DNA of 64,000 nt from assembly GCA_963677495.2 (NCBI GenBank), contig CAXXOU010000004.1, positions 928,001-992,000 on the forward strand, read 5' to 3'. Of the stretch, positions 11,645 through 21,921 are shown piece by piece (the stretch's first letter is position 1; every line of letters begins with the position of its first letter). The notes beneath the pieces are model-generated. The model was not told the DNA's origin, searched no databases, and saw nothing but the letters and a program-made list of their open reading frames with translations. The DNA comes from Candidatus Cloacimonadales bacterium (GTDB lineage Bacteria; Cloacimonadota; Cloacimonadia; Cloacimonadales; JAFGVF01). A program made the translations under genes and the position numbers.

Positions 11645-12623
11645 TATGATTAGCTCCATTTATATCTACTTGATAACCGGTTGAGAATACAGTGCCTTCG
11701 AATTCAAAGGGATAGGAATAAATTGCATTCTTAGTACCTCTAAACTTAACTTTCTGAAATTCATCAAACTTAAGAGTATAGAAATTTGTTTCAGTTTTTC
11801 CATTAGTGCTTGAGAATTGGGTTAAATAGTAGAATTTGTTAATAGTGGAAGAGAACACTTGAAAAAAATCACTTCTTTTGATTTTAAAGGATTGATTAGA
11901 AACAACTCTATTAAGAATATTAAACTTAGTTAACTGAATCTCTTCACTATTTACCTGGGTATGCAATTGAATCATGTTTCTCTGTTTAGTTAAGGCACAA
12001 TTCAAAGCATTTTTATTCGTAAACTGGTAGATGGAATCTGAATTTCCTCTATATATATTGCATTTACGGGTTTTCTTATTCATGGAGACATAGATAAACT
12101 GCTCATCTATGAGTATAGCATCAAAAAATATATCACCTTTAAGAGGAATGAACTTCGAGGGTTTAATAAAAGCATCTAAAGTAACTACAATAGGTTTGCT
12201 GTTCTTATCATGTCCAGGCAACACATACCCACCTTTTGGGTGAAGTAACAGCTTTTCAGCTATGAAATCAAAGGTATTTGACTGTACTGTAATTCCTTCT
12301 TTGTCGACTAGTTGAATTATCGATTTGTTTTCAGCTGTATTAAGCAGGAGAACCGTGTTATCTCCTTTTGATTCAGAATCTTTTAGATACATCGACTTAC
12401 CAAGTAAGCGTTTATTAGTAATTTGTCCGGAATCATCTGATTGTAAAAGGAAGGTCTCAGGTGGATTTTTAGAAAGATTATATCCAACAATCTTAAAGCT
12501 TTCAGAAAAGTTCACAATCTCTGAGAATAGAAATAGTTCTCCTGAAACAACTTTTGGGCTGCAGGATAAAAGTATCAATATAACTAGAACAAATAGATAT
12601 CTAAAGATTTTTATATACTTCAT
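11622..12623 (-). CDS. Hypothetical lipoprotein
   Basis: MKYIKIF...LLSC lipobox, beta-rich sequence; start chosen at an internal Met. Confidence 0.7.
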   Translation of the reverse strand: MKYIKIFRYLFVLVILILLSCSPKVVSGELFLFSEIVNFSESFKIVGYNLSKNPPETFLLQSDDSGQITNKRLLGKSMYLKDSESKGDNTVLLLNTAENKSIIQLVDKEGITVQSNTFDFIAEKLLLHPKGGYVLPGHDKNSKPIVVTLDAFIKPSKFIPLKGDIFFDAILIDEQFIYVSMNKKTRKCNIYRGNSDSIYQFTNKNALNCALTKQRNMIQLHTQVNSEEIQLTKFNILNRVVSNQSFKIKRSDFFQVFSSTINKFYYLTQFSSTNGKTETNFYTLKFDEFQKVKFRGTKNAIYSYPFEFEGTVFSTGYQVDINGANHNEIVVLP

Positions 12624-12671
12624 TAGTACCACCTGAATGTGAGTTAATATTGAGCTTATATGCTGTCAAAC

Positions 12672-12699
12672 AAAAAGGCTGCTGATTAAATCAGCAGCC
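12672..12699 (-). terminator. Intrinsic terminator of the C25 peptidase gene
   Basis: AAAAA-GGCTGCTGAT-TAA-ATCAGCAGCC. Confidence 0.85.
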
Positions 12700-12721
12700 A
12701 ATACAAGTTTATGTATAATTT

Positions 12722-15700
12722 CTACTTCATAAGAATTGTTTTCTTAGTAGAAACAGTATCGTTATCAGCTTTAAGTCTATAGAAATAAACACCTGAACTA
12801 AGATTTTCAGGTTCCCAAATCACTCTGCCGGTTTCTCTGGCATCACGATCAAGGTGAATAGTTTCTTTCTTCTGACCTTTAATGTTGAATACTTCAATTC
12901 TTGCATTTTGAACATCATCTTTCAAGCTGAATGCAATTGTTGTAGATGGGTTGAAAGGACTTGGATAGTTGCCATGAAGCATATTAGCAGATGTTACAAA
13001 CTGTACATCTTCTTCTGTATCAACTGTTTGGTTGTAAACAACAACGTCGTCAATATACCATCCTTCACCACCAACGTATCCATCAGAGCCGAATACGAAT
13101 CTGAATCTAACGCTACCGGAAGTGTCACCTAAATCAAATACAGCTTGTGTCCAATCAAATGAACCTGAATAGCATTCCTGATAAGCATCAAACGGAGATG
13201 CAGGATTGTCTGTTATCATATTAGGATAGTTACCTTCAGGGTGAATTGTTTCCCAAGCACCACCTTGAACAGACATCTGTACTAAACCACCATCCCAAGC
13301 CATATAGTTAGCATCATCTTCTGCATCCATCCAATGGAAGAACTGAAGTTCACTATCGGGAAGTATATTCAGTTCCATTGTTTCAAGCGCACCATGTGAA
13401 CTATTTGCATATTCCTGTCCACCGGTTGCACCAAATTTCATACTGTAGTTACCTGCGGTAGTATTGTTTCTTTGTGATGAACGATGCCACTGGTTAGCAA
13501 ATTCAGGTGTAATGATATAGTTTTGGAAATTATGTTCGCTTGGCTCAAAAGAGAATGAACCTGAACTTACATAAACACTAATGATATCTTCAATTGAATT
13601 AGTACCACTACCACCTGCGAAGTAGTTTATATCAATTTGAGTATCAAGTGGACAATTCTCTGAAACTTGAAGTGTCAAAGGAACCGTATTTGTACCGGTA
13701 CCATTTACAGGAATTGATTCAACTATTACGTCAGTTGAGTTCAATGCTATATAAGGAGATGTGTTAATAAGGAATACCATCACATCTGATGCTGGAGCAG
13801 AACCACTATTCTCAAATGTGAAGTAAACTTCTACATCGTCACCCGGTGCTACAAAATAGTTATCACTAATAACGTTAATGTTATCTAATCTAAGGTTAGC
13901 AGCATTAAGTGTGATATTAGATGAGAAGTTAGTAAGGTTTCCATTAAATGTAGCTGTATAGTTTAACTCAACTTCAGTTAAGTCTGTGAATGATCCATTA
14001 ATAATGATTTCAAAAGCATTAGTAATTGAAACTTCCTGGGCATCAGTTAAATCATCAATAGTGATTGTGTTGTTTACAATCTCAATAATATCTGATTGAG
14101 AAGAAAGTGTTAGTGTACCACTTGCATCTGTATCCTGTTGTCCAATATTTTCTACAACAACATCGATAAACACATTATCACCTTGAACAAACAAGTTATC
14201 ATCATCGTGGTAGTTTGTTGAAACACAAGTTACGTAAGGTTCGTTTGAAGGGATTACGTTGAAGTTATAAGTAGTAACATAATAGTTATTTCCTTCTACA
14301 ATAAGCTGATATTGTCCTGGAAGAACTGCTTGATCAAAGAGAGCATAGACAAAACCAAAGTCATCTGCTTCACCCATGTAGATAAGCTCGTTACCAGCCA
14401 AAATTCTAGCTTTTGCATTAGGAATACCTACATCAAAGTTAGCAACAAATGATCCACCTGTTACTTCACCTAATTGTTGTATGTTAGCATACTGAGGAGT
14501 AGCTGTCCATTCGCGCATACCGGGATCACCAAAGAGGTTAACCTGATAATAGCACCAGTACATTGTTCCCGGATCCAAGAAAGGAATAACATCAGCTTTT
14601 GAATCAGCTACAGCCCAACCTATTTCATTAATCTCTTCACCAAAAAGGGCATCAATAAATTCTCTATGGTAATACTGTGATGGTCCGTTAGTACTTCCGT
14701 TGCTTCCCCAACCGTATCTTGAGTTAGAAATCATGGCAACAACACCGTTTTCAATAGCTTGGAAACGTTCTGTTATACAATCATCTGTGTAGTATCCGGG
14801 GCTTGTCTCACGGTTATCAAATGCACCACCATAACAACCTTGTGTAAACACAGTACTGAAGTTATGGTTAGATCCATTGTTAGTAATATTTGTATTAGTT
14901 ATATGGCTATTACTCAGGCGCATTGTATAGGTTGTAGCTGAATGACCAAGATGGTTAACAAAGTTATATCCATTACTTAATGCTGTAAGGATAGTATTTG
15001 CACCCCAGCTACCGTCACCACCTAAATCACGGTCATATATAGTATCGATAGTCCAAGATGAAGGAACACCAATAGTAGTGTAACCATGCATTGAAGAACC
15101 ATCAATCATCTCATCCATGTAATCTCCACCATAGGTAGGAGCATCCCAAAGATATTCACCAACCATAAGGTTAGTCTCAATCTCATTCTCTACAGGGATA
15201 GTTTGGTATGATATGATTTTGTTAATAGCGTTTTGAATCTCAGCGTTATTGTTATAACAGATACGTCCAACAGCAACTTCCTGTATCAAGTCAGTTTCCA
15301 TTAACTCACCGTAAAGATTATCACCATCATCATTCCATGTACCGTCTAAAGAACCGTAATAGATATCAGCTGGTATATCTTCATCAGTATAACTTGCTTC
15401 TTGCATCTGTACATAGAAACCTCTATGTGGAATTACATCAGTGTCTCCACCGAGTAACACAGAAGTGATATTGTTGTTTGTATATTCATCAATAATTGTA
15501 TTTCTAATCTTATCCTGAAGGTCATTACCTGTTCCCATGGCTGCAATATCTTGTACAGTAATGTACTCCATTCTAGCACCTTTAGATGCATAGAAATCCA
15601 TTAAGGGTTGCCATTGAGCAACTTTTGATTGATCCATAATAAGTAAATACTCGTATCCATTAGGTACAGCAACTCTTTGTATTGTTGGTAAAGCATTCTG

Positions 15701-16297
15701 ATTATCAACTAATTTACTGAGTCTATCTAAAGTTTTACTATCACTACGATACTTGCTAGTAGCATTACTTGCTCTAAGTGTACTGCTTGTCTCCATAATA
15801 ACTGTTACGCTTCTATAGAAAGTAATTTCTCCAGATACAGGGTTGTATTCAAAAGGAGAGAAGGAAGCAAAGCCGACAGCATGACCTGAAAGGAAATGTG
15901 TGCTTAAGTTTCTATATTCATCATATGGAAAGAGTCTACTGTCATCATAAATAGCATTGTTCTGCTCAGTGAAAATAGGCTCTCCTTCAAAACTAAGAGG
16001 ATAACTCTCTTGAATTGGTTCGATGTTAAAAGTACCATTGAGTTTCTCAGGTAATCTCTTTACAACTTTAATTTCAGAAACCTCTACACCTGACCCGATA
16101 TAAAGCTTAGTACCTGCCCATGGTAATGAAGGTTCTCCGGGTGTACCGGTATTCATAGTACCGGGTAATGTAATTGTGTCATAACTACCATTTGTTCCAA
16201 TAACAGGGTTACTGAAACTGTAATCCATTCTGACTGATGTTGCAGACAAAGCAGCAAACAACAGTGTTAGAATAGCAACAGAAATAATCTTCTTCAT
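12722..16297 (-). CDS. Secreted gingipain-like C25 cysteine peptidase with propeptide, Ig-like domains and T9SS/FlgD-type C-terminal domain
   Basis: Signal peptide; GEPSLP propeptide; VLLGGD, VAVGRI, NHLGH and TQGCY (His/Cys dyad), NLFGDP; C-terminal NYPSPFNPSTTI...SSGVYFYRL. Confidence 0.9.
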   Translation of the reverse strand: MKKIISVAILTLLFAALSATSVRMDYSFSNPVIGTNGSYDTITLPGTMNTGTPGEPSLPWAGTKLYIGSGVEVSEIKVVKRLPEKLNGTFNIEPIQESYPLSFEGEPIFTEQNNAIYDDSRLFPYDEYRNLSTHFLSGHAVGFASFSPFEYNPVSGEITFYRSVTVIMETSSTLRASNATSKYRSDSKTLDRLSKLVDNQNALPTIQRVAVPNGYEYLLIMDQSKVAQWQPLMDFYASKGARMEYITVQDIAAMGTGNDLQDKIRNTIIDEYTNNNITSVLLGGDTDVIPHRGFYVQMQEASYTDEDIPADIYYGSLDGTWNDDGDNLYGELMETDLIQEVAVGRICYNNNAEIQNAINKIISYQTIPVENEIETNLMVGEYLWDAPTYGGDYMDEMIDGSSMHGYTTIGVPSSWTIDTIYDRDLGGDGSWGANTILTALSNGYNFVNHLGHSATTYTMRLSNSHITNTNITNNGSNHNFSTVFTQGCYGGAFDNRETSPGYYTDDCITERFQAIENGVVAMISNSRYGWGSNGSTNGPSQYYHREFIDALFGEEINEIGWAVADSKADVIPFLDPGTMYWCYYQVNLFGDPGMREWTATPQYANIQQLGEVTGGSFVANFDVGIPNAKARILAGNELIYMGEADDFGFVYALFDQAVLPGQYQLIVEGNNYYVTTYNFNVIPSNEPYVTCVSTNYHDDDNLFVQGDNVFIDVVVENIGQQDTDASGTLTLSSQSDIIEIVNNTITIDDLTDAQEVSITNAFEIIINGSFTDLTEVELNYTATFNGNLTNFSSNITLNAANLRLDNINVISDNYFVAPGDDVEVYFTFENSGSAPASDVMVFLINTSPYIALNSTDVIVESIPVNGTGTNTVPLTLQVSENCPLDTQIDINYFAGGSGTNSIEDIISVYVSSGSFSFEPSEHNFQNYIITPEFANQWHRSSQRNNTTAGNYSMKFGATGGQEYANSSHGALETMELNILPDSELQFFHWMDAEDDANYMAWDGGLVQMSVQGGAWETIHPEGNYPNMITDNPASPFDAYQECYSGSFDWTQAVFDLGDTSGSVRFRFVFGSDGYVGGEGWYIDDVVVYNQTVDTEEDVQFVTSANMLHGNYPSPFNPSTTIAFSLKDDVQNARIEVFNIKGQKKETIHLDRDARETGRVIWEPENLSSGVYFYRLKADNDTVSTKKTILMK

Positions 16298-16343
16298 AAT
16301 TTCTCCATCCTGTATATTTATTCTTTCATCTATCTATAACTTA

Positions 16344-16360
16344 TGCAAATTTAGTTCCGA
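16344..16360 (-). promoter_or_regulatory. Possible sigma54 promoter of the C25 peptidase gene
   Basis: Minus strand TCGGAACTAAATTTGCA = GG-N10-GC, ~47 bp upstream of the start. Confidence 0.45.
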
Positions 16361-16564
16361 TATTAAGTTCATATCATTTCAATATGGTAACAAGACAGTA
16401 TAAATAGGGCTTCCTAGCGTGCAAGATATAATTTCTATAGCATAATGATATAGCAGTATCAAAAGTATATATTAGTCAACTTTGTTCACACTTATTAAAT
16501 CTAGTTTGTAACTATTCCGAGTTGTATTTGTTTATGTTAGTGAAAAATGTTATGAGGAGAAATT

Positions 16565-18016
16565 ATGACTAACTTAAAGAGAATCACATTCCTGATAGCG
16601 ATACTGATGTTAATTCAAGGAATCTGGGCTCAATACCCACTTAATGAAAAAGGACAAAGCCCATTTGTAGATGTTGTTAAGAATAGCGGAGACGCTGTAG
16701 TACAGATAAAGGTAGAGGGTGAAGTTGAAAGCTCAAGGAGTATGACTTCTGAGCTATTTCCATTCTATTTCCCTCAGCAGAGGATGCCACAATCAAGACC
16801 ATTCAAATCAATGGGTAGTGGATTTATTATTAAACATGATAAGAAAAGTAGAGAGACCTGGATTGTAACAAACAACCATGTTGTCGAGTTAGGGGAGAAA
16901 GGCACTATCACAGTTACTCTTGCTGATAAGCGAAAGTATGAAGCTGAGATAGTAGGACTAGATCCGAAAACCGACCTGGCAGTTATCAAGATAGAAGTCG
17001 ATAAAGATGAAAAGATAACATCACTTGATTGGGGAAACTCCAATGCTCTTGATATTGGTGACTGGGTGATCGCAATCGGTAATCCATTCGGAGATGTAGG
17101 TCTTGATAGAACTGTTACAGTTGGTGTTGTTTCAGCTAAAGGACGTTCAGGGTTGAACTTCGGACAAGGTTCCCCTGTTTATCAAGATTATATCCAAACC
17201 GATGCATCTATCAATCCCGGTAACAGTGGAGGTCCCCTTTTAGGGCTATCCGGTGATGTTATTGGTGTTAATGCAGCTATTACAAGTCCTAATGGTGGTA
17301 ACATAGGTATCGGATTCGCGATCCCCTCTACTATCGCTCAGAAAGTAGTTTCAGATATTATTAAAGATAAGGAAGTACACAGAGCTTATCTCGGAATTGC
17401 ACCACAAGAGATTGATGACACTCTCAAAGAGACATTTGACCTGAAAGAGGTAGCTGGTGTTCTTGTCTCACAAGTTGTTGAAGACACTCCGGCAGATAAG
17501 GCAGGACTTAAAAAAGGCGACGTTATTCTTGAAATCGATGACATGAAAGTTCCAAACGTTGCTCTTTTCCGAATCGCAATCGCACATAGACCAATCGGTG
17601 TACCTGTTACAATGAAAATTAACCGTAAAAATAAGATTAAATATTTAAAAGCAACCCTTACTAAGTACCCTGAAGATGGTGAAGCAGGATATATTGCAAA
17701 AGCAGAAGCTGAGACCAAAGAGATTGGTATTGAAGTAGTGAATACTAATAGTGAGATTGGAGAGAAGCTTAAGCTTGATGAGATGGATGGTGTTATAATT
17801 AAATCTATCAAAGATGACTCACCTGCTGAAAAAGCCGGACTCCAGGTAGGACTCGTTATCCTTGAAGTTAATGAAGAGAAAGTAAACTCAGTAAGAGATT
17901 ATGAGAAGAAGATGAAATCAATCCTCAAAAACAAAGATAAAGACAACAGAGTTGTATTGCTTTATGTTGCTGATAAGCAAGGAAACAAGAAGTTCGTTGC
18001 TGTTGAAATTGAATAG
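16565..18016 (+). CDS. degP: DegP/HtrA (Do) serine endoprotease with two PDZ domains
   Basis: TNNHVV, DLAVIK, QTDASINPGNSGGPL, two PDZ repeats, signal peptide. Confidence 0.93.
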   Translation: MTNLKRITFLIAILMLIQGIWAQYPLNEKGQSPFVDVVKNSGDAVVQIKVEGEVESSRSMTSELFPFYFPQQRMPQSRPFKSMGSGFIIKHDKKSRETWIVTNNHVVELGEKGTITVTLADKRKYEAEIVGLDPKTDLAVIKIEVDKDEKITSLDWGNSNALDIGDWVIAIGNPFGDVGLDRTVTVGVVSAKGRSGLNFGQGSPVYQDYIQTDASINPGNSGGPLLGLSGDVIGVNAAITSPNGGNIGIGFAIPSTIAQKVVSDIIKDKEVHRAYLGIAPQEIDDTLKETFDLKEVAGVLVSQVVEDTPADKAGLKKGDVILEIDDMKVPNVALFRIAIAHRPIGVPVTMKINRKNKIKYLKATLTKYPEDGEAGYIAKAEAETKEIGIEVVNTNSEIGEKLKLDEMDGVIIKSIKDDSPAEKAGLQVGLVILEVNEEKVNSVRDYEKKMKSILKNKDKDNRVVLLYVADKQGNKKFVAVEIE

Positions 18017-18034
18017 TAGATAGTGATATAATGA

Positions 18035-18068
18035 ATATAGCGGAAGTCCAAGGACTTCCGCTGTATTT
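18035..18068 (+). terminator. Intrinsic terminator after degP
   Basis: ATATAGCGGAAGTCC-AA-GGACTTCCGCTGTATTT. Confidence 0.8.
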
Positions 18069-18146
18069 GTTGCAACGTAACTCAGCAGTCTCGACTGAGA
18101 ATAACGCCCCGGAGATACGTTTTACGTAACTCAAAAAGCTGCCCTC

Positions 18147-18602
18147 TTATTCCACAATCCAATGCGTCAGATCTTCATATCGTGGAATCATAGGTAACAA
18201 TCCATTATCAACTGCTTCACTGACAGTTCTTATCGGCAAGTCCATATCAACTACTACCTCTGGTGTGACTGTCGTCAAATCTACGGGATAACCGTCTTTC
18301 TTCAATTTAAACATCATCTTCATCAAAAGAGATGCATAACTTGGAGGTCTACATTTGTGCGTATGTGATAGGTTATACCTATCTGTGTAATCTTTCAAAT
18401 CATCGATGTATTCGGGATTTAGATGTGTTTTGTAAACTGCTATGTTTTTAGAAACATCTCCCATATAATGATTATGGTCTGTGATTTCAGGCATTACAAA
18501 TTCTCTAACCCACATGATGTTTCCATCTTCATCACAGCAATAAACAAGTTTTCCATGTTTACCTGATAGTGATTTGAAAGGAAATGCTAAATAACTTTTC
18601 AT
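18147..18602 (-). CDS. Small hypothetical protein (151 aa) with an N-terminal SLSGKHGKLVY motif
   Basis: Intact ORF with a strong AAGGAG RBS; the motif recalls DUF6266-like small FCB-group proteins (from memory, unverified). Confidence 0.75.
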   Translation of the reverse strand: MKSYLAFPFKSLSGKHGKLVYCCDEDGNIMWVREFVMPEITDHNHYMGDVSKNIAVYKTHLNPEYIDDLKDYTDRYNLSHTHKCRPPSYASLLMKMMFKLKKDGYPVDLTTVTPEVVVDMDLPIRTVSEAVDNGLLPMIPRYEDLTHWIVE

Positions 18603-18726
18603 TTTGATCTCCTTTTTTTCCTTTTCACTATCCCTTGCTCACAAAACCTTTAATTTAGTCACAAACATCCAAACTTATTTTAAAAACTTACAAATATCTG
18701 TTAATTTCTGCTTCTCTGTATCTTAG

Positions 18727-18884
18727 TTTTCTCTCTTCTCTCAGCAGTAATAAGTGATTTTATACTAGTTCTAGCTTGGTCTTATGTTGGAATAATCTTA
18801 GTAATTAGGCCAAGGATAGGCCAAGTGTTTGCCAGGAATTTACCAAGTGTTTGCTAAGAATTAATGCCGAGAGAAGAGGGGAAA
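18727..18884. repeat. 11-bp-period dyad array, CTTGG/CCAAG family, enclosed in a ~25-bp inverted repeat
   Basis: CTTGG-like at 18775, 18786, 18797; CCAAG-like at 18810, 18821, 18832, 18843, 18854; outer arms TTTTCTCTCTTCTCTCAGCAGTAAT / ATTAATGCCGAGAGAAGAGGGGAAA. Confidence 0.85.
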
Positions 18885-19036
18885 GTGAAACAGATTTTCC
18901 TGTATTGATAGTGTTTAAAAGGAACAGAAGGGTATAAACATACTGTCATATTAAGTTAACTAAGACTATTACAGAATTATGTAATCTCAATAGTAATCTT
19001 TTACCGATGATACTAGTACCGTTTCGATTGAATTAC

Positions 19037-19067
19037 AAAAAAACGGGAAGCATTTCTGCTTCCCGTT
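19037..19067 (-). terminator. Intrinsic terminator
   Basis: A-tract-CGGGAAGCA-TTTC-TGCTTCCCG. Confidence 0.85.
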
Positions 19068-19085
19068 ACTATTCTATGTAATTTA

Positions 19086-19919
19086 TTAGAATAAATTGTA
19101 TGTTACAGCAACACCGAGTGTTTCTTTGTAATAGATATCTTCATCGATTTCTTTGTCATAATTGAGTTCGAAGTAGAAACCTACACCGACATACTTCATG
19201 ACTTGAATAGTAAGATCATTTTTCCACTGTACATCAAGAGCTTTCCATTCATCCATATCTTCATATAAACCATCAGCTTCTGAGTTGATTAAAGCTTGAT
19301 AGAGACGTAATTCAGATTTGAACTTTGCCATTTTTCCCATGAATACTTCAGAATATTTAGTTACAGATTCGATACCAGAGTCGATAATTGTTGTTTGTCC
19401 TCTTGTCGCAAACTGTCTTGCAGCCCAACCTAATCTGCTGTGAAACTCTCTGTTTTCAAGTTTTACAAAGTATTTTCCAATACCAACAGCTTCAGACCAA
19501 AGGTTTGTATCGAAGAGTTCATTTTCCATGTTTGTGAAATATGTTTCATCTCTAACTGAAGCAAAGAGTGTATAGTGTTTGCTTACATTAAAATCAAAAA
19601 TTGACTCTAAAACGATCTGGTCTTCTGCTTCAGTTGGTTTAAGCCATTCTTCAGTAGTCTTGTTATATGTATGTTTCTGTCCCCATTTCAACTCAGCAGT
19701 ATTAGTCCAATATACTAATTCTGAAAGTGGTCTTTCAGCTGACATATTGACTCTTGCTACCCAATCGATTGCACTTTCTTCATCTCCATTCCAATTGTCA
19801 CTATAATAGCTTTGGTTAAGTAATAGATTTAGGTCACCTTTCACAACCCAAGGTGTTTGTGCGAGCAACATAGATAAACCCATAATTAAAATAAATAAAA
19901 CGGATAGTTTCTTAAACAT
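19086..19919 (-). CDS. Outer-membrane beta-barrel protein (DUF3078-like)
   Basis: Signal peptide, LLLNQSYYSDNWNG motif, amphipathic strands, terminal VTYNLF. Confidence 0.75.
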   Translation of the reverse strand: MFKKLSVLFILIMGLSMLLAQTPWVVKGDLNLLLNQSYYSDNWNGDEESAIDWVARVNMSAERPLSELVYWTNTAELKWGQKHTYNKTTEEWLKPTEAEDQIVLESIFDFNVSKHYTLFASVRDETYFTNMENELFDTNLWSEAVGIGKYFVKLENREFHSRLGWAARQFATRGQTTIIDSGIESVTKYSEVFMGKMAKFKSELRLYQALINSEADGLYEDMDEWKALDVQWKNDLTIQVMKYVGVGFYFELNYDKEIDEDIYYKETLGVAVTYNLF

Positions 19920-19952
19920 ATCTCCTCCTTTTTGTTCAGGTAAATATTATCC

Positions 19953-19993
19953 AAAAAAAAGAAGAGGGCAAGAAATATTTCATTCTTGCCCTT
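19953..19993 (-). terminator. Probable terminator of lysS
   Basis: AGGGCAAGAA...TTCTTGCCCT stem with a nearby A-tract. Confidence 0.65.
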
Positions 19994-20016
19994 AATATTT
20001 GTTAAGTTATGATTAA

Positions 20017-21513
20017 CTATTCCGGTTTCATTGTAGGGAAGAGGATAACCTCTTTTATTGATTCATTTTCAGTTAAAAGCATAACTAGACGGTCGATACC
20101 GATACCAAGTCCACCTGTTGGAGGCATGCCATATTCCATCGCTTCCAAGAAGTCTTCATCTATAACGTTTGCTTCTAAATCTCCAAGCTCTCTTAGCTTA
20201 GATTGTGACTCAAGACGTTCTCTTTGATCAATCGGGTCATTCAATTCTGTGAATGCATTGGCAAATTCGTAACCGGCAATAAAGAGTTCAAAACGCTCTG
20301 TGAACATTGGGTCACCCGGTTTTGCTTTTGCCAGAGGAGAGATCTCTTTCGGATGATCAATCACAAAGGTAGGTTGAATAAGCTTATGCTCTGCAAAATG
20401 TTCAAAGATTTCAGCGATAAGTTTTCCTGAACCTGCACCTTTAGGAATCTCGATGTTCTTCTCTTTGCAAAAAGCAGATAATTCTTCAAAACTATATCCA
20501 CTTACATCAACACCTGCATGCTCTTCAATGAGCTCAAGCATTGTAGCTCTACGGAAAGGAGTTTTAAGAGAAACCTCGTGTCCTGCATAAGTTACATCTG
20601 TGTTGCCATTAACTTTTGCAGCTCCTTGACTGAAGATATCTTCAGTAATCTTCATCATGCCTTCAAGGTTTGAATATGCTTCATAGAGCTCAATAAGAGT
20701 AAACTCAGGATTATGAGTTCTATCCATACCTTCGTTGCGGAAATTCTTTCCAATCTCATAGACTTTCTCATAACCACCGATGATGAGTCTTTTTAAGTAA
20801 AGCTCAGTAGCGATTCTGAGATAAAGGTCAGTTCCAAGTGTATTATGATGAGTGATGAATGGTCTGGCATTAGCGCCACCATACAAAGGCTGAAGAGTAG
20901 GTGTTTCAACTTCAATATATCCGATTCCATCAAGGTAGGTTCTTACAAATGATACGATTCTGGAACGTTTAACGAAAGTTTCTTTGTTCTCAGGATTAAG
21001 AAGTAGGTCTAAATAACGCTTTCTATATCTTAGCTCAATATCATTGAACTCGTCATAACGCACAGCTTTTCCATCCACTATTTTCTCTTTAACAGTTGGA
21101 ATAGGGCGGATGTTCTTACTTAGCATAGTAACTTTACTAACAAGAATTGAGTACTGACCACGTTGAGTCATGAAAGCGGTTCCGTTTATCTGTACGAAAT
21201 CACTAAGGTCACAGAGTTTGAAAACTTCATAGTTCTCATCACCAACTCCGTCTTTCTTAACAAACAGCTGAATCTTACCAGTCATGTCTGTTAATTGAGC
21301 AAATCCAACTTTGCCCTGACGACGCATAGCGGTGAGACGACCGGTTACGATAACAGCCTCTTCGTTCTTTAAGTACTCCTCTTCATTATCAAGTAAATCC
21401 TTGATGTAATGAGTCCTTTCACAACTTGTAGGATATGGGTTGATTCCCAAATCTCTAATCTTTTGCAATTTCTGCTTTTTGAGACCAATAACCTGTTTTA
21501 CATTCTGTTCCAT
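20017..21513 (-). CDS. lysS: Lysyl-tRNA synthetase (class II)
   Basis: RYRKRYLDL, YGGANARPF, LRIATELYLKRL, FRNEG..THNPEF, YGMPPTGGLGIGIDRL. Confidence 0.98.
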   Translation of the reverse strand: MEQNVKQVIGLKKQKLQKIRDLGINPYPTSCERTHYIKDLLDNEEEYLKNEEAVIVTGRLTAMRRQGKVGFAQLTDMTGKIQLFVKKDGVGDENYEVFKLCDLSDFVQINGTAFMTQRGQYSILVSKVTMLSKNIRPIPTVKEKIVDGKAVRYDEFNDIELRYRKRYLDLLLNPENKETFVKRSRIVSFVRTYLDGIGYIEVETPTLQPLYGGANARPFITHHNTLGTDLYLRIATELYLKRLIIGGYEKVYEIGKNFRNEGMDRTHNPEFTLIELYEAYSNLEGMMKITEDIFSQGAAKVNGNTDVTYAGHEVSLKTPFRRATMLELIEEHAGVDVSGYSFEELSAFCKEKNIEIPKGAGSGKLIAEIFEHFAEHKLIQPTFVIDHPKEISPLAKAKPGDPMFTERFELFIAGYEFANAFTELNDPIDQRERLESQSKLRELGDLEANVIDEDFLEAMEYGMPPTGGLGIGIDRLVMLLTENESIKEVILFPTMKPE

Positions 21514-21921
21514 CTTAGCTCCACATTGTTAGTTAAATTAGTTTGCGGTTATCTGTCGTGTATCTGTGGGGGATAGTATATGACAGTGATAACCGCAATT
21601 AAAATCTTTATTACATGACAATTTGTGAATCACATCTTCGATGTCAATAAAGATTTCTATTGAGTACACAATATACGTAGGTGCATCTAGTCACTCAACT
21701 CTTAAAGGAGTTATTCAGAGTGAAGTGTGCGAACGAAGAAGGACTTCTTTAATATCCGAAACTGAAAAGCGAAAGTTCTTGATGCGAGAACGAAGTTGAC
21801 TTCGAGTTATCGGAATTAGCGATTCACACTTCGTTGAGAATCACTTCTTCCTTGGTCATCTTGCAATTGCATCTACGCAGTTGATGCATTCCATATTTAA
21901 ACCATCTACCAAATCGTAGTC

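Noticed and set aside
18074..18133. ACGTAACTCA duplicated downstream of the 151-aa gene as a possible attachment site or TSD
   Set aside because: Both copies are on the same side of the gene and no matching copy was found upstream.
21514..21700. Lysine riboswitch or T-box upstream of lysS
   Set aside because: The leader is too short and lacks the conserved motifs.
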